Source: a virus
Taxonomy: Duplodnaviria > Caudoviricetes
IMG/VR virus record: IMGVR_UViG_3300020148_000034
Span: 1-39,705 of that record
Reading direction: 5' to 3' (one strand)
DNA: 39,705 bases
A program made the position numbers and the translations under genes. Below the pieces are notes generated by a model, which was not told the origin of the DNA, did not search any database, and saw only the letters and a list, made by a program, of their open reading frames with translations. Each line of letters opens with the position of its first letter. Position 1 is the stretch's first letter. Shown in pieces: positions 8,498 to 16,147 of this stretch.

Positions 8498-8767
8498 TTA
8501 GGCCGTCGCTCGCCCCGGATCGAAATAGCCGGAGCGATATTCATCGTGAGCCAGCGCTCGCTTGACGAACGAGACGAACCGACTTCGCATATCCGCGAGA
8601 ACGACGACCGGCGCCGTGAGGCGGTTGAGAGCGAGGAAGGTTTTCGCATCGAGGATCAGAGGCAGGTCACGGATCGCCAGGACGATCGTGCTGCCGACAT
8701 AAGACAGCGCGCCCAGGCAGATCGAGATGCAGGCAAAAATCAGACTTCGGAACCGATAGAGTTTCAT
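8498..8767 (-). CDS. Small membrane/secreted protein downstream of the tRNA
   Basis: ATG 8767 with GAAAGG RBS; hydrophobic N-terminus MKLYRFRSLIFACISICLGALSYV. Confidence 0.6.
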   Translation of the reverse strand: MKLYRFRSLIFACISICLGALSYVGSTIVLAIRDLPLILDAKTFLALNRLTAPVVVLADMRSRFVSFVKRALAHDEYRSGYFDPGRATA

Positions 8768-8789
8768 CGACTGGCCTTTCGAGGTTGAT

Positions 8790-8862
8790 TGGTTGCGGGC
8801 GCCGAGTTGAACGGCCTGTTCCGGGATATGAGCCCAGCCAGCGCACCCGCGCTTTACCCGCC
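8790..8862 (-). tRNA. Atypical initiator-like tRNA-Met (CAU)
   Basis: Minus strand folds as GGCGGGT-AA-AGCGC GGGT GCGCT-GG-CTGGG CTCATAT CCCGG-AACAG-GCCG TTCAACT CGGC-GCCCGCA-A-CCA. It has a 1:72 mismatch, three consecutive G-C pairs in the anticodon stem and an encoded CCA. Confidence 0.8.
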
Positions 8863-8867
8863 GACGC

Positions 8868-8957
8868 ATTAACCCACACCGCTAATTTCATGTCAACACC
8901 GTTAGCGGATATTGACAGCACCACTCTTCCGCCCGTACTGTTGATTTTAAATTAGCA
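8868..8957. promoter_or_regulatory. Back-to-back promoters with operator copies 4 (8880-8898) and 5 (8939-8957)
   Basis: Minus: TTGACA-17-GTTAAT just before the tRNA. Plus: TTGACA 8912-8917 with TACTGT 18 nt later. Operators CGCTAATTTCATGTCAACA and TGTTGATTTTAAATTAGCA. Confidence 0.7.
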
Positions 8958-8970
8958 GAAGGAGCGAACT

Positions 8971-9870
8971 ATGAACCAGATTTCCACTATCGAGGCAGGG
9001 CCGGCAGACCAGGCTTTCATTGCCGAGCACTTCGATATCCCTGGCGATCTTGCCCCCGGCATCTATCCCGGTATTTCGAACGACGCCTATCACGCCGGGC
9101 CGGGCATTTCCAAATCCGGGCTCTGGACGATCTACACGCAGACGCCGGCACATTACCGGTTTGCTGACCGGGAGGAGAAAGCCGAATTCGATTTCGGCAC
9201 CGCCGTCCACTCGGCCATCCTGGAGCCCGAGACGTTCGAGGATCGCGTGTTCAAAGGCCCTGATGACCGGCGTGGCAACAAGTGGAAGGATGCGCAGGCC
9301 GAGGCCACCAATCTCGGCAAGCTCCTGCTGACCGGCCCGGATTACGAGGCGGTGCAGATCGTGCGCGATGCCGTCCACGCCGACGCCTGGCTGTGCGGCA
9401 TCATCACCGGCGGCAAGCCCATGATCGAGCATTCGGCCTACGCCATCGACCCGGCCACTGGCCTCCTGGTGAAGTGCCGCCCCGATCTTTGCCGGCAGGA
9501 TTTGGGCGTCATCCTCGACGTGAAAACCGCCGCCAGCGCCCACCCAGACGCCTTCGCCCGCGCTGTGGTGAACTATGGCTATCATGCCCAGGAAGCCCAC
9601 TACACCGACACATGGCGGCTGGCTGGCGGCGAGGTCGAGGCCTTCGCGTTCCTCGTGGTCGAGAAGAAAAAGCCGTTCGCCTTCGCTGTCTATGAGTTGC
9701 CGCCGTCCATCGTGGACGAGGGCCGGGCGATTATCTCGAAGGCCATGGCCACCTATGCCGAATGCACCAAGGCCGACCGGTGGCCGGGCTATGCCGAGGG
9801 CGTGCAGGAACTGAGTTTCCAGCGCTGGAGCTACCGCGAGACGGCGGCGCCTGAGTTTGAGGAGGCTTGA
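8971..9870 (+). CDS. recE: RecE/exonuclease VIII-like PD-(D/E)XK exonuclease (DUF3799 type)
   Basis: YHAGPGISKSGL, FGTAVH, KCRPD...LDVKT, YGYHAQEAHY, FLVVEK; lies upstream of recT. Confidence 0.88.
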   Translation: MNQISTIEAGPADQAFIAEHFDIPGDLAPGIYPGISNDAYHAGPGISKSGLWTIYTQTPAHYRFADREEKAEFDFGTAVHSAILEPETFEDRVFKGPDDRRGNKWKDAQAEATNLGKLLLTGPDYEAVQIVRDAVHADAWLCGIITGGKPMIEHSAYAIDPATGLLVKCRPDLCRQDLGVILDVKTAASAHPDAFARAVVNYGYHAQEAHYTDTWRLAGGEVEAFAFLVVEKKKPFAFAVYELPPSIVDEGRAIISKAMATYAECTKADRWPGYAEGVQELSFQRWSYRETAAPEFEEA

Positions 9871-9873
9871 GGG

Positions 9874-10086
9874 ATGGCCTGTACCTGCGCTGACGATATC
9901 GACGTCAAACTGGCCGAGCGAAACACTCGGCTGGAACGAGCAATCATGTTCGGCCCGCACCCGTCCACTGGGCCGCACCTCATGTTGCGGACTGAGCAGA
10001 TCGAGAAGGGGCGCGGAAAGCCGAAGGCGGCGGCGATGTTCATCAATTTCTGCCCGTTCTGCGGCGTGAAATATGCCACCGACTGA
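9874..10086 (+). CDS. Small Cys-rich (zinc-binding) hypothetical protein
   Basis: CTC...FCPFCG; starts 4 nt after the recE stop. Confidence 0.7.
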   Translation: MACTCADDIDVKLAERNTRLERAIMFGPHPSTGPHLMLRTEQIEKGRGKPKAAAMFINFCPFCGVKYATD

Positions 10087-10241
10087 CCCCGGCTCCCTCT
10101 CCCGCATCTTCTGGTCGGCCGCACGACTTCACCGCTGTGGCCGGCCATCACCACACATCAAGCCGGCGCTCTGGCATGTCGCCAAACATGCCCGTGGGGC
10201 GCTCCGTCAAAACGCCATTCGGATTTTAAAGGAGATCATCA

Positions 10242-11186
10242 ATGGCTAGCACCGCTGTCGCAACCCGCAGGCAGAACACCGAGACCTCCGACCTGCAAAC
10301 GAAATCCATCCGGCAGCAGATCGATGACCTGCGCCCCGAATTTGCCAAAACCCTGCCGGCGAACATCCAACCCGACGCATTCGTGCGCAACATCCAGACT
10401 GCGATCCAGCTTCAACCGGAGTTGCTGGAATGTACGCCGCGCTCACTGTTCGCAGCATGCATGAAGGCTGCGAATGATGGGCTAATCCTGGATGGCCGCG
10501 AGGCGGCGCTGATCGTGCGCAATGTAAAGGTCAGCAAGAACCCCGACCGCTACGAGAAACAAGCCACCTACCAACCGATGGTGCAGGGCCTCATGAAGCT
10601 GGCCCGCAATTCCGGCGAGATCAGCAGCATCACCGCCCAGGTTGTCTATAAGAATGACCGCTTTCTCTATGCGCTAGGCGATGATGAGCGGATCGAACAC
10701 GAACCGGCTCCCATCGACCAGGAGCAGGGCGACCCGATTGCGGTGTATGCCATCGTCAAATTGAAGGATGGCACCGTTGTGCGCGAGGTCATGCGCAAAT
10801 CGTCGGTCCTTGCTATCGGCGCTCAGGGCAAGAACGCCTACCAATACGATCCGGGTAACGGAAAGAACTTCGCAGAATGGTGGCGCAAGACCGCGATCCG
10901 CCGCATCACGAAATATATCCCGCGTTCGTCCGACGCCATCGGCAAATTCGCCAACGCGGCCGAGCAGATCGATCAGGATTATGATTGGGACAGCGAGGTC
11001 GCGCGGCCCGCTCCAAAGCCCGCCACCAAGAAGCGCGGCGGCGCGGCAGCGGCACTCAAAACCGTCGCGCCCGAGGTGATCGACCAGCCCGAGCACGACG
11101 AGGAAACCGGCGAGGTTTACGAACCCGATCTGCCCCCTGCGCCACCTGATGAGGCTTATGAGCAGCAGCCAGGGGATGATATCTGA
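10242..11186 (+). CDS. recT: RecT single-strand annealing recombinase
   Basis: LLECTPRSLFAACMKAANDGL, GLMKLARNSG, VVYKNDRF, WRKTAIRRITKYIP; AAGGAG RBS. Confidence 0.92.
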   Translation: MASTAVATRRQNTETSDLQTKSIRQQIDDLRPEFAKTLPANIQPDAFVRNIQTAIQLQPELLECTPRSLFAACMKAANDGLILDGREAALIVRNVKVSKNPDRYEKQATYQPMVQGLMKLARNSGEISSITAQVVYKNDRFLYALGDDERIEHEPAPIDQEQGDPIAVYAIVKLKDGTVVREVMRKSSVLAIGAQGKNAYQYDPGNGKNFAEWWRKTAIRRITKYIPRSSDAIGKFANAAEQIDQDYDWDSEVARPAPKPATKKRGGAAAALKTVAPEVIDQPEHDEETGEVYEPDLPPAPPDEAYEQQPGDDI

Positions 11187-11380
11187 TGGCGTCCGGGCTG
11201 GTCGATATCTCCGTCCAAATCCACCATCGTACCGAGAGGGCAGTCCTTGTCTCGGGCGATGGCAACAAGGACCGCACGGTCTGGATACCTCTCTCGCAAT
11301 GCGAGGTGGAGGACGGCCCGCGCGGCACAGCCACGATCACCATGCCGGAATGGCTGGCTATCGATAAACGCCTTATCTAG
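11186..11380 (+). CDS. Hypothetical phage protein
   Basis: TERAVLV...WIPLSQCEV...ITMPEWLA; coupled to the recT stop. Confidence 0.75.
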   Translation: MASGLVDISVQIHHRTERAVLVSGDGNKDRTVWIPLSQCEVEDGPRGTATITMPEWLAIDKRLI

Positions 11381-11403
11381 CCGCCAGTGACAGGAGAAAA
11401 ATC

Positions 11404-11667
11404 ATGGCCGTCGAAGACAGTGTAGCGCAGGACCAACTCCGGGCCTTCATCGAGCGCATCGAGCGGATGGAGGAAGAAAAGGAGGCGATCACCGCCGACA
11501 TCAAGGAAATCTACGCCGAGGCCAAGGGCAACGGCTTCGATACCAAGATCCTGCGCAAGATCATTTCGCTCCGCAAGCGGGACGCCAATGAGCGCATGGA
11601 GCAGGAGGCCCTGCTCGAACTCTATATGTCGGCGCTCGGCATGGTGGAAGCGCCGCCCGAGGGCTAA
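11404..11667 (+). CDS. gapR: GapR-like DNA-binding protein (DUF2312)
   Basis: [17 protein letters not shown]...[27 protein letters not shown] signature. Confidence 0.92.
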   Translation: MAVEDSVAQDQLRAFIERIERMEEEKEAITADIKEIYAEAKGNGFDTKILRKIISLRKRDANERMEQEALLELYMSALGMVEAPPEG

Positions 11668-11969
11668 CGCCCGCTCAAAATATCTGCCAAGGTGCGCCGC
11701 TTCTTCGGAGGCGGCGCAGTCGTTTCGCGCCCCACGACAAAGTCGCCCTTATTCACCGGGTGCTCTTTCCCGATCACGTCCCGATCCCTGCCGTCTCGAT
11801 CCCGCCAGCCCTGCCGGTACGCGCCCAGCGTCAACACCGCCAGCAGCCCGCCAGCGACACCCTGCCAGCCGAACACACGCCAGGCCCAGCCCAGCGCCAC
11901 CCCTGCGACCACAACCCACACCCAGGTCGGCACCCAGCCCAGAACCATGTTTACAAGCCAGTCGATCAT
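11664..11969 (-). CDS. Membrane protein of the lysis cassette
   Basis: Two TM segments and a basic tail; GGAGAG RBS; follows the hydrolase gene. Confidence 0.7.
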   Translation of the reverse strand: MIDWLVNMVLGWVPTWVWVVVAGVALGWAWRVFGWQGVAGGLLAVLTLGAYRQGWRDRDGRDRDVIGKEHPVNKGDFVVGRETTAPPPKKRRTLADILSGR

Positions 11970-11978
11970 GCTGCTCTC

Positions 11979-13442
11979 CTAGATATTTCCCAACCGCTCA
12001 TTGAGGCGCCGCGCCTGATCCGGGTTTGACGAATTCGCAATAGCGCGCTCCACGGACGCTCGGTTCGCGGCGTCATATGCCTCGGAGGGCGAATAGCCCT
12101 GATCCCTGTATGCCTGCACCGCAGAGGTGTTTCGTATGGAGCTGGCCTTGGGCGCAGGGACAGGCATCGGCTGCGCGGCCCTGCCCTGCTGCTGCACCGA
12201 GATTGTCCGCTGGGTCCGCGCCAGTTCGGCGCGTTGCGCCGCCAGCCGTTCCTCCAAGGCCTTCACCGAAGCCTCATAGCGGGCGCGCCCGTCGCGCGAG
12301 AGAGGCATCCCCGAGGGTGTCATGCCGCGAAGCTCAATCTCGCCCTGGCGAACCCGCTCCATCAGCCGCGCATATGCCGGGTTCTCCACCTCAACGGTAG
12401 TCGCCAGCGGTGAGGTCGCGGCCGCGATGGCCTGCTGCGCTGGGTTAAAGTCCAGTCCACCGGATGGCATCAATCGATCCTGCGCCTTGGGCGGCTCGTT
12501 CGGGCCGGGCACATCGGAAAGGAAACTGAGCGTTTCCACCGGCCGCGCCGGGCTCGCAGGTCTCGAAGCGACGGAAGGCACTGACGCAACCGTTACGCCG
12601 GGAGCCCGCGCAATCTCGGCGGCGGTGACGGGCCGGGCGCCATCCTGCCCGGCATAACTCTGGGACACACCCACCGGCATCAGCGTGGGGCTCCGAGCGG
12701 CAACAACAGCCGCACGGCTTTGAGCGCCCCCATCTTGCCCGGCATAGGAAATCGCACCGCTGGACAATTGCGGCCGCTGCGCCGCCGCCACGCGCTGCTG
12801 GAGCGCCGCTGCAAGCGCAGGCTCCTGCATGGCCTGCGTGCGCTCGATCGTTTCGGAGATGCCTCGCCCGGAAATCAAATCCGATGTCGTGATGGGGCCG
12901 CGCTGCGCTACCTGCGGGAAAATTCCTGCATAGAGCGATGCCGGATCAGTCGAAACAGGCTGGAGATTGCGCTTCGCCACCGTCATGGCCGAAGGGGTTG
13001 CCGGCGTTGGCGCCGTCTTGGGCGGGGTAACATCGAGCCGGGTGGCGACCGAATTGCCTTGGGCACTATCGGGCACCTGGCCGGAAGCATAGAACCGATG
13101 TCCGCCAATGGTGGCCACATGCTCCATGCTCCGCGCCCAGGACGGCATGGCGTCGCCGGAGAGGAAGTGGTCCGCACCGGGCACTGGATTGGGGATCGTG
13201 CCAGCCTCGACGCCCTGCAAGATACGGTTGGCCTGGGCGCGCAGGGTCTGGCTTTGCTGCGCCTTTACTGCACCGCTACCCGGATTGGTGTGACCGTCGA
13301 AGCCGGACTTGATGACCTGGTCCAGCGTCTGTCCTCGCGCGGCGGCGCGCTGCTTCATCGCCCAGGCGGCGGCGATCATGCCCGCCTCGCCCTCCCCGCC
13401 GGCTTCGGCAATCAGGGTGTTGATGACGGCATCGCTGGCCAT
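11979..13442 (-). CDS. SleB/Hydrolase_2-like cell wall hydrolase (putative endolysin) with long C-terminal extension
   Basis: TLIAEAGGEGEAGMIAA...GADHF...PSWA...IGGHRFY in the first ~120 aa. Confidence 0.75.
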   Translation of the reverse strand: MASDAVINTLIAEAGGEGEAGMIAAAWAMKQRAAARGQTLDQVIKSGFDGHTNPGSGAVKAQQSQTLRAQANRILQGVEAGTIPNPVPGADHFLSGDAMPSWARSMEHVATIGGHRFYASGQVPDSAQGNSVATRLDVTPPKTAPTPATPSAMTVAKRNLQPVSTDPASLYAGIFPQVAQRGPITTSDLISGRGISETIERTQAMQEPALAAALQQRVAAAQRPQLSSGAISYAGQDGGAQSRAAVVAARSPTLMPVGVSQSYAGQDGARPVTAAEIARAPGVTVASVPSVASRPASPARPVETLSFLSDVPGPNEPPKAQDRLMPSGGLDFNPAQQAIAAATSPLATTVEVENPAYARLMERVRQGEIELRGMTPSGMPLSRDGRARYEASVKALEERLAAQRAELARTQRTISVQQQGRAAQPMPVPAPKASSIRNTSAVQAYRDQGYSPSEAYDAANRASVERAIANSSNPDQARRLNERLGNI

Positions 13443-13631
13443 TTATTTCGCCCAGCCGAATTTCCGGGCAAGGGCATAAGCGCACTCGACGCCGGCCGCA
13501 ATGGCCAGACCGATCATCGCCGCGATTTCGGGGTCATTGGCAATCAGATCGGCAAGCTCAGGCGGCAGCACGCCCCTGAAAACCAGGTAGCCGGCCACAT
13601 AGCGCAGTGCGATACGGATAAAGGGTGCCAT
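13443..13631 (-). CDS. Putative holin-like membrane protein
   Basis: GGAGG RBS, ATG 13631; IRIALRY...YALARKFGW; directly upstream of the hydrolase. Confidence 0.65.
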   Translation of the reverse strand: MAPFIRIALRYVAGYLVFRGVLPPELADLIANDPEIAAMIGLAIAAGVECAYALARKFGWAK

Positions 13632-13693
13632 TCCTGCCTCCTTGATTGGAGGCACTATCCCGCCCGATGGTTGGCCCCATCATGGGCCGCGAT

Positions 13694-13948
13694 TTATGGG
13701 GCCAGCCCGCCGCCCAGCACCCATTGCGTCAGCGCCACCAGAACCACAGCGCCCACCACCGTCACGGCCCACCACATGCGTTTCGACCAGCTATTCACCA
13801 CCGACACCAGGCCGTCGATCTTGTCGTAAATGCGCTTCTCGCGCTCCTCGCCCACGGCAACGCGGAGGCTCAGATCGTCCACGCGGGTCTTGAGTGTGTG
13901 CATATCCGCCGCGAGGCGTTCAACCTGGTCCATTATAATGCCTGCCAT
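13694..13948 (-). CDS. Coiled-coil + C-terminal TM protein (XhlA-like, lysis region)
   Basis: Heptad-rich N-terminus and WWAVTVVGAVVLVALTQWVLGGGL. Confidence 0.65.
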   Translation of the reverse strand: MAGIIMDQVERLAADMHTLKTRVDDLSLRVAVGEEREKRIYDKIDGLVSVVNSWSKRMWWAVTVVGAVVLVALTQWVLGGGLAP

Positions 13949-14385
13949 TCTGCCGAGATGTCGAAAGCCTGAACCGCCTCGATGGTGTCGAGGCTGGCAA
14001 TCTGCTCATGCAGCACCGCCTTGCGGTTGAAGGTGGCTTGCACATGATCCCGCACGGCCTCGCCCATAGCGATGATGGTGGCGTTGTCGAGGGGCATGAA
14101 AACGCCAGGCACCACCTCCCAGGTGGGGATTTCATATTCTGGATCGAGCCGGGCCATGGCATAGACCGCCGTGATCTTTGCCTGGCTGTTGGCGTCGGTT
14201 CTGATGGTCGAACCGCGAAAGGCAGCACCGCCGATTTCCATCTGCCACCGGTAGTCATCCAGCTCGGCCAGCTTGCCGGCAATGGCCGTTTCAAGAGTGG
14301 GCGCGGCGGCCGCCTGCTCGGCCTCCCAGGCGGCGATTTCCTGCGGCGTCATTTCGACCTCAACGCCATTCACGATCTTCATCAT
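13933..14385 (-). CDS. Tail fibre assembly-like protein (DUF4376 type)
   Basis: VNGVEVEMTPQE...RWQMEIGG...IRTDANSQAKIT...HVQATF; directly follows the tail fibre. Confidence 0.75.
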   Translation of the reverse strand: MMKIVNGVEVEMTPQEIAAWEAEQAAAAPTLETAIAGKLAELDDYRWQMEIGGAAFRGSTIRTDANSQAKITAVYAMARLDPEYEIPTWEVVPGVFMPLDNATIIAMGEAVRDHVQATFNRKAVLHEQIASLDTIEAVQAFDISAEWQAL

Positions 14386-15740
14386 CCGCGAATACCCTCC
14401 AAAATCACAGCGGTGCCCGCAACCAGTTGCCCACCAGGATTGAGAAGTTGCAACGTGTCGCAGGCCCCGATGCCGATGGTGTGCCGGGCATAGTAAGGCA
14501 GATCAGCACCGCCGCCGTCCGATGCGCCCCCATTGGTGTGGGCGAGCTTGGGCGCGGCATCGTTGAAGTTGAAAATCAGCGTCTCGAATGTTGCCCGCTT
14601 ATAGGCATCCGACGTGCCGATGGTGGCCGAAATGACCATCGATGTAAGTATTGCAGCGGAGCCACCGGCGGCCGAACTGTTTACGTATCCCCACTGGTTG
14701 CGATAGCTGGAAGAGGTCACAACGGCCCCAGCCCCCATCCGCAGCCCGAGCTTGTAATTGTTTATGTCGACCGCCCCGACGCCGGAGATGCGCAGGGTGT
14801 GGAAATCCTCGAGGTCAGTCCAGTCGATCGTGGCGGTGTTGCTGGACACGACGATGCGAGGCCCAATCTGCTCCCACACCGACAAGGTGTTTTTGCGGAT
14901 ATTGAGCTTGGTGGCGGCATCGAACGCCGGGGCGCTCTGGTCAATATCCTTGCGAATTACCGCCGCCAAGACAGCAGCGGTGTCCACAATGATCGGCAGC
15001 GATCCAGCCACCGCATCGATGTTCGTTTCGTTGGCAGCGACTGCGGTAACCTCGCTGGAAATCCCCGAGACGGTAGTGATGTTCGCGGAAATGCCCGCAA
15101 CCGCATTGATGTTCGTGGCGTTTGCAGCCACCGCATCGATGTTCGTTTCGTTGGCAGCGACTGCGGTAACCTCGCTGGAAATCCCCGAGACGGTCAAAAT
15201 CTGACCCGAAATCCCAGCGACGGCAGAAACCTCCGCGCTGATATCAGCCACCTCGGTCACAGGGCCCGATATTCCCGCGACCGTTTGGATATCATCGGCA
15301 ATGGGCGTCAACACGAGAATTCCACCCACCAGCGCGCCAAGATCGGTCGGGTCAGCGGATACCGGCATGACAACGGCCCGGTCAATTTTCTCCGCGAGCT
15401 GCTGATCCCGCATCGTGGCGAGGTCGAGCGCCCGCTCCACATCCTCAGCAAAATAGGGCCCTTGGTTTTCCAGGTCCAACTCCTGCGTGAACGGTGCTTT
15501 GCGGATCAGGACCAGCTCAGACCCGTTCCCGGGAACGTTGAGAACGACATCCCCATTGTCGGCACCAACACCGGTGACGGTATAGTCGGCCCCCAGGGAG
15601 AGAATGGTTTCGACGCCGCCAATCGAGCGCACCACCTCGATATGGGTTTCGTCCAAAATTCGGAACCCATACTCAAATGTCGTGGTGACCCCATTTTCAG
15701 TGTAGGGGCCGGATTTGTTGACCTGGCTGGGGACAGTCAT
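14382..15740 (-). CDS. Tail fibre protein
   Basis: T7-gp17-like N-terminal anchor (NGVTTTFEYGF...DYTVTG...ERALDLATMRDQQ) and 10-residue VAANxxNI shaft repeats. Confidence 0.85.
   Translation of the reverse strand: MTVPSQVNKSGPYTENGVTTTFEYGFRILDETHIEVVRSIGGVETILSLGADYTVTGVGADNGDVVLNVPGNGSELVLIRKAPFTQELDLENQGPYFAEDVERALDLATMRDQQLAEKIDRAVVMPVSADPTDLGALVGGILVLTPIADDIQTVAGISGPVTEVADISAEVSAVAGISGQILTVSGISSEVTAVAANETNIDAVAANATNINAVAGISANITTVSGISSEVTAVAANETNIDAVAGSLPIIVDTAAVLAAVIRKDIDQSAPAFDAATKLNIRKNTLSVWEQIGPRIVVSSNTATIDWTDLEDFHTLRISGVGAVDINNYKLGLRMGAGAVVTSSSYRNQWGYVNSSAAGGSAAILTSMVISATIGTSDAYKRATFETLIFNFNDAAPKLAHTNGGASDGGGADLPYYARHTIGIGACDTLQLLNPGGQLVAGTAVILEGIRG
15005..15194. repeat. Exact 70-bp direct repeat in the tail fibre shaft (15005-15074 and 15125-15194)
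   Basis: Identical sequence at a 120-bp offset, encoding TVSGISSEVTAVAANETNIDAVA twice. Confidence 0.9.
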
Positions 15741-15805
15741 GGCGCGCCTCGATATTGACGAGGGAAGGCTCGCGCGCGATGGTTGGGGCGGAAACGGAGG
15801 CTCCG

Positions 15806-16144
15806 ATGGGCTGGGGGATCAGAATAGCAACGCTGGCAATCGCTGGCATGGCATTGGCGGGATGCACAGCAACCGCCAAGATACAGGGGCAATTTTCGGA
15901 CGGAACCGAAATTTTCACCGGTAGCGCGCAAGGGAAACTCGACGGCTCCGGCACCCTCCAGGTCACCTCCAACAGAGGTCGGAGCTGCGTGGGCAACTTC
16001 GTCTATGAGACGAACCGTCGAGGCGCCGGAACATTCGTTTGCAGCGATGGCAATAGCGGCCCGTTCGAATTCACCAGCACCGGCATGACGGGCGTGGGCT
16101 CGGGCACCATTGGGAACAAAACGTTCGTGTTCACCTTCGGTTGA
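15806..16144 (+). CDS. Small lipoprotein (moron, antisense to the late operon)
   Basis: GGAGG RBS; lipobox LAGC; Gly-rich beta-strand mature domain with two further Cys. Confidence 0.8.
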   Translation: MGWGIRIATLAIAGMALAGCTATAKIQGQFSDGTEIFTGSAQGKLDGSGTLQVTSNRGRSCVGNFVYETNRRGAGTFVCSDGNSGPFEFTSTGMTGVGSGTIGNKTFVFTFG

Positions 16145-16147
16145 GGT

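Noticed and set aside
8790-8862. tRNA as a prophage attachment site
   Set aside because: It is internal, has its own promoter and operator, has no duplicated 3' end in the window and no adjacent integrase.
14382-15740. Diversity-generating retroelement, suggested by the BPP-1-like structural genes
   Set aside because: No reverse transcriptase and no TR/VR pair differing at adenines were seen. The only repeat is an exact in-gene duplication.
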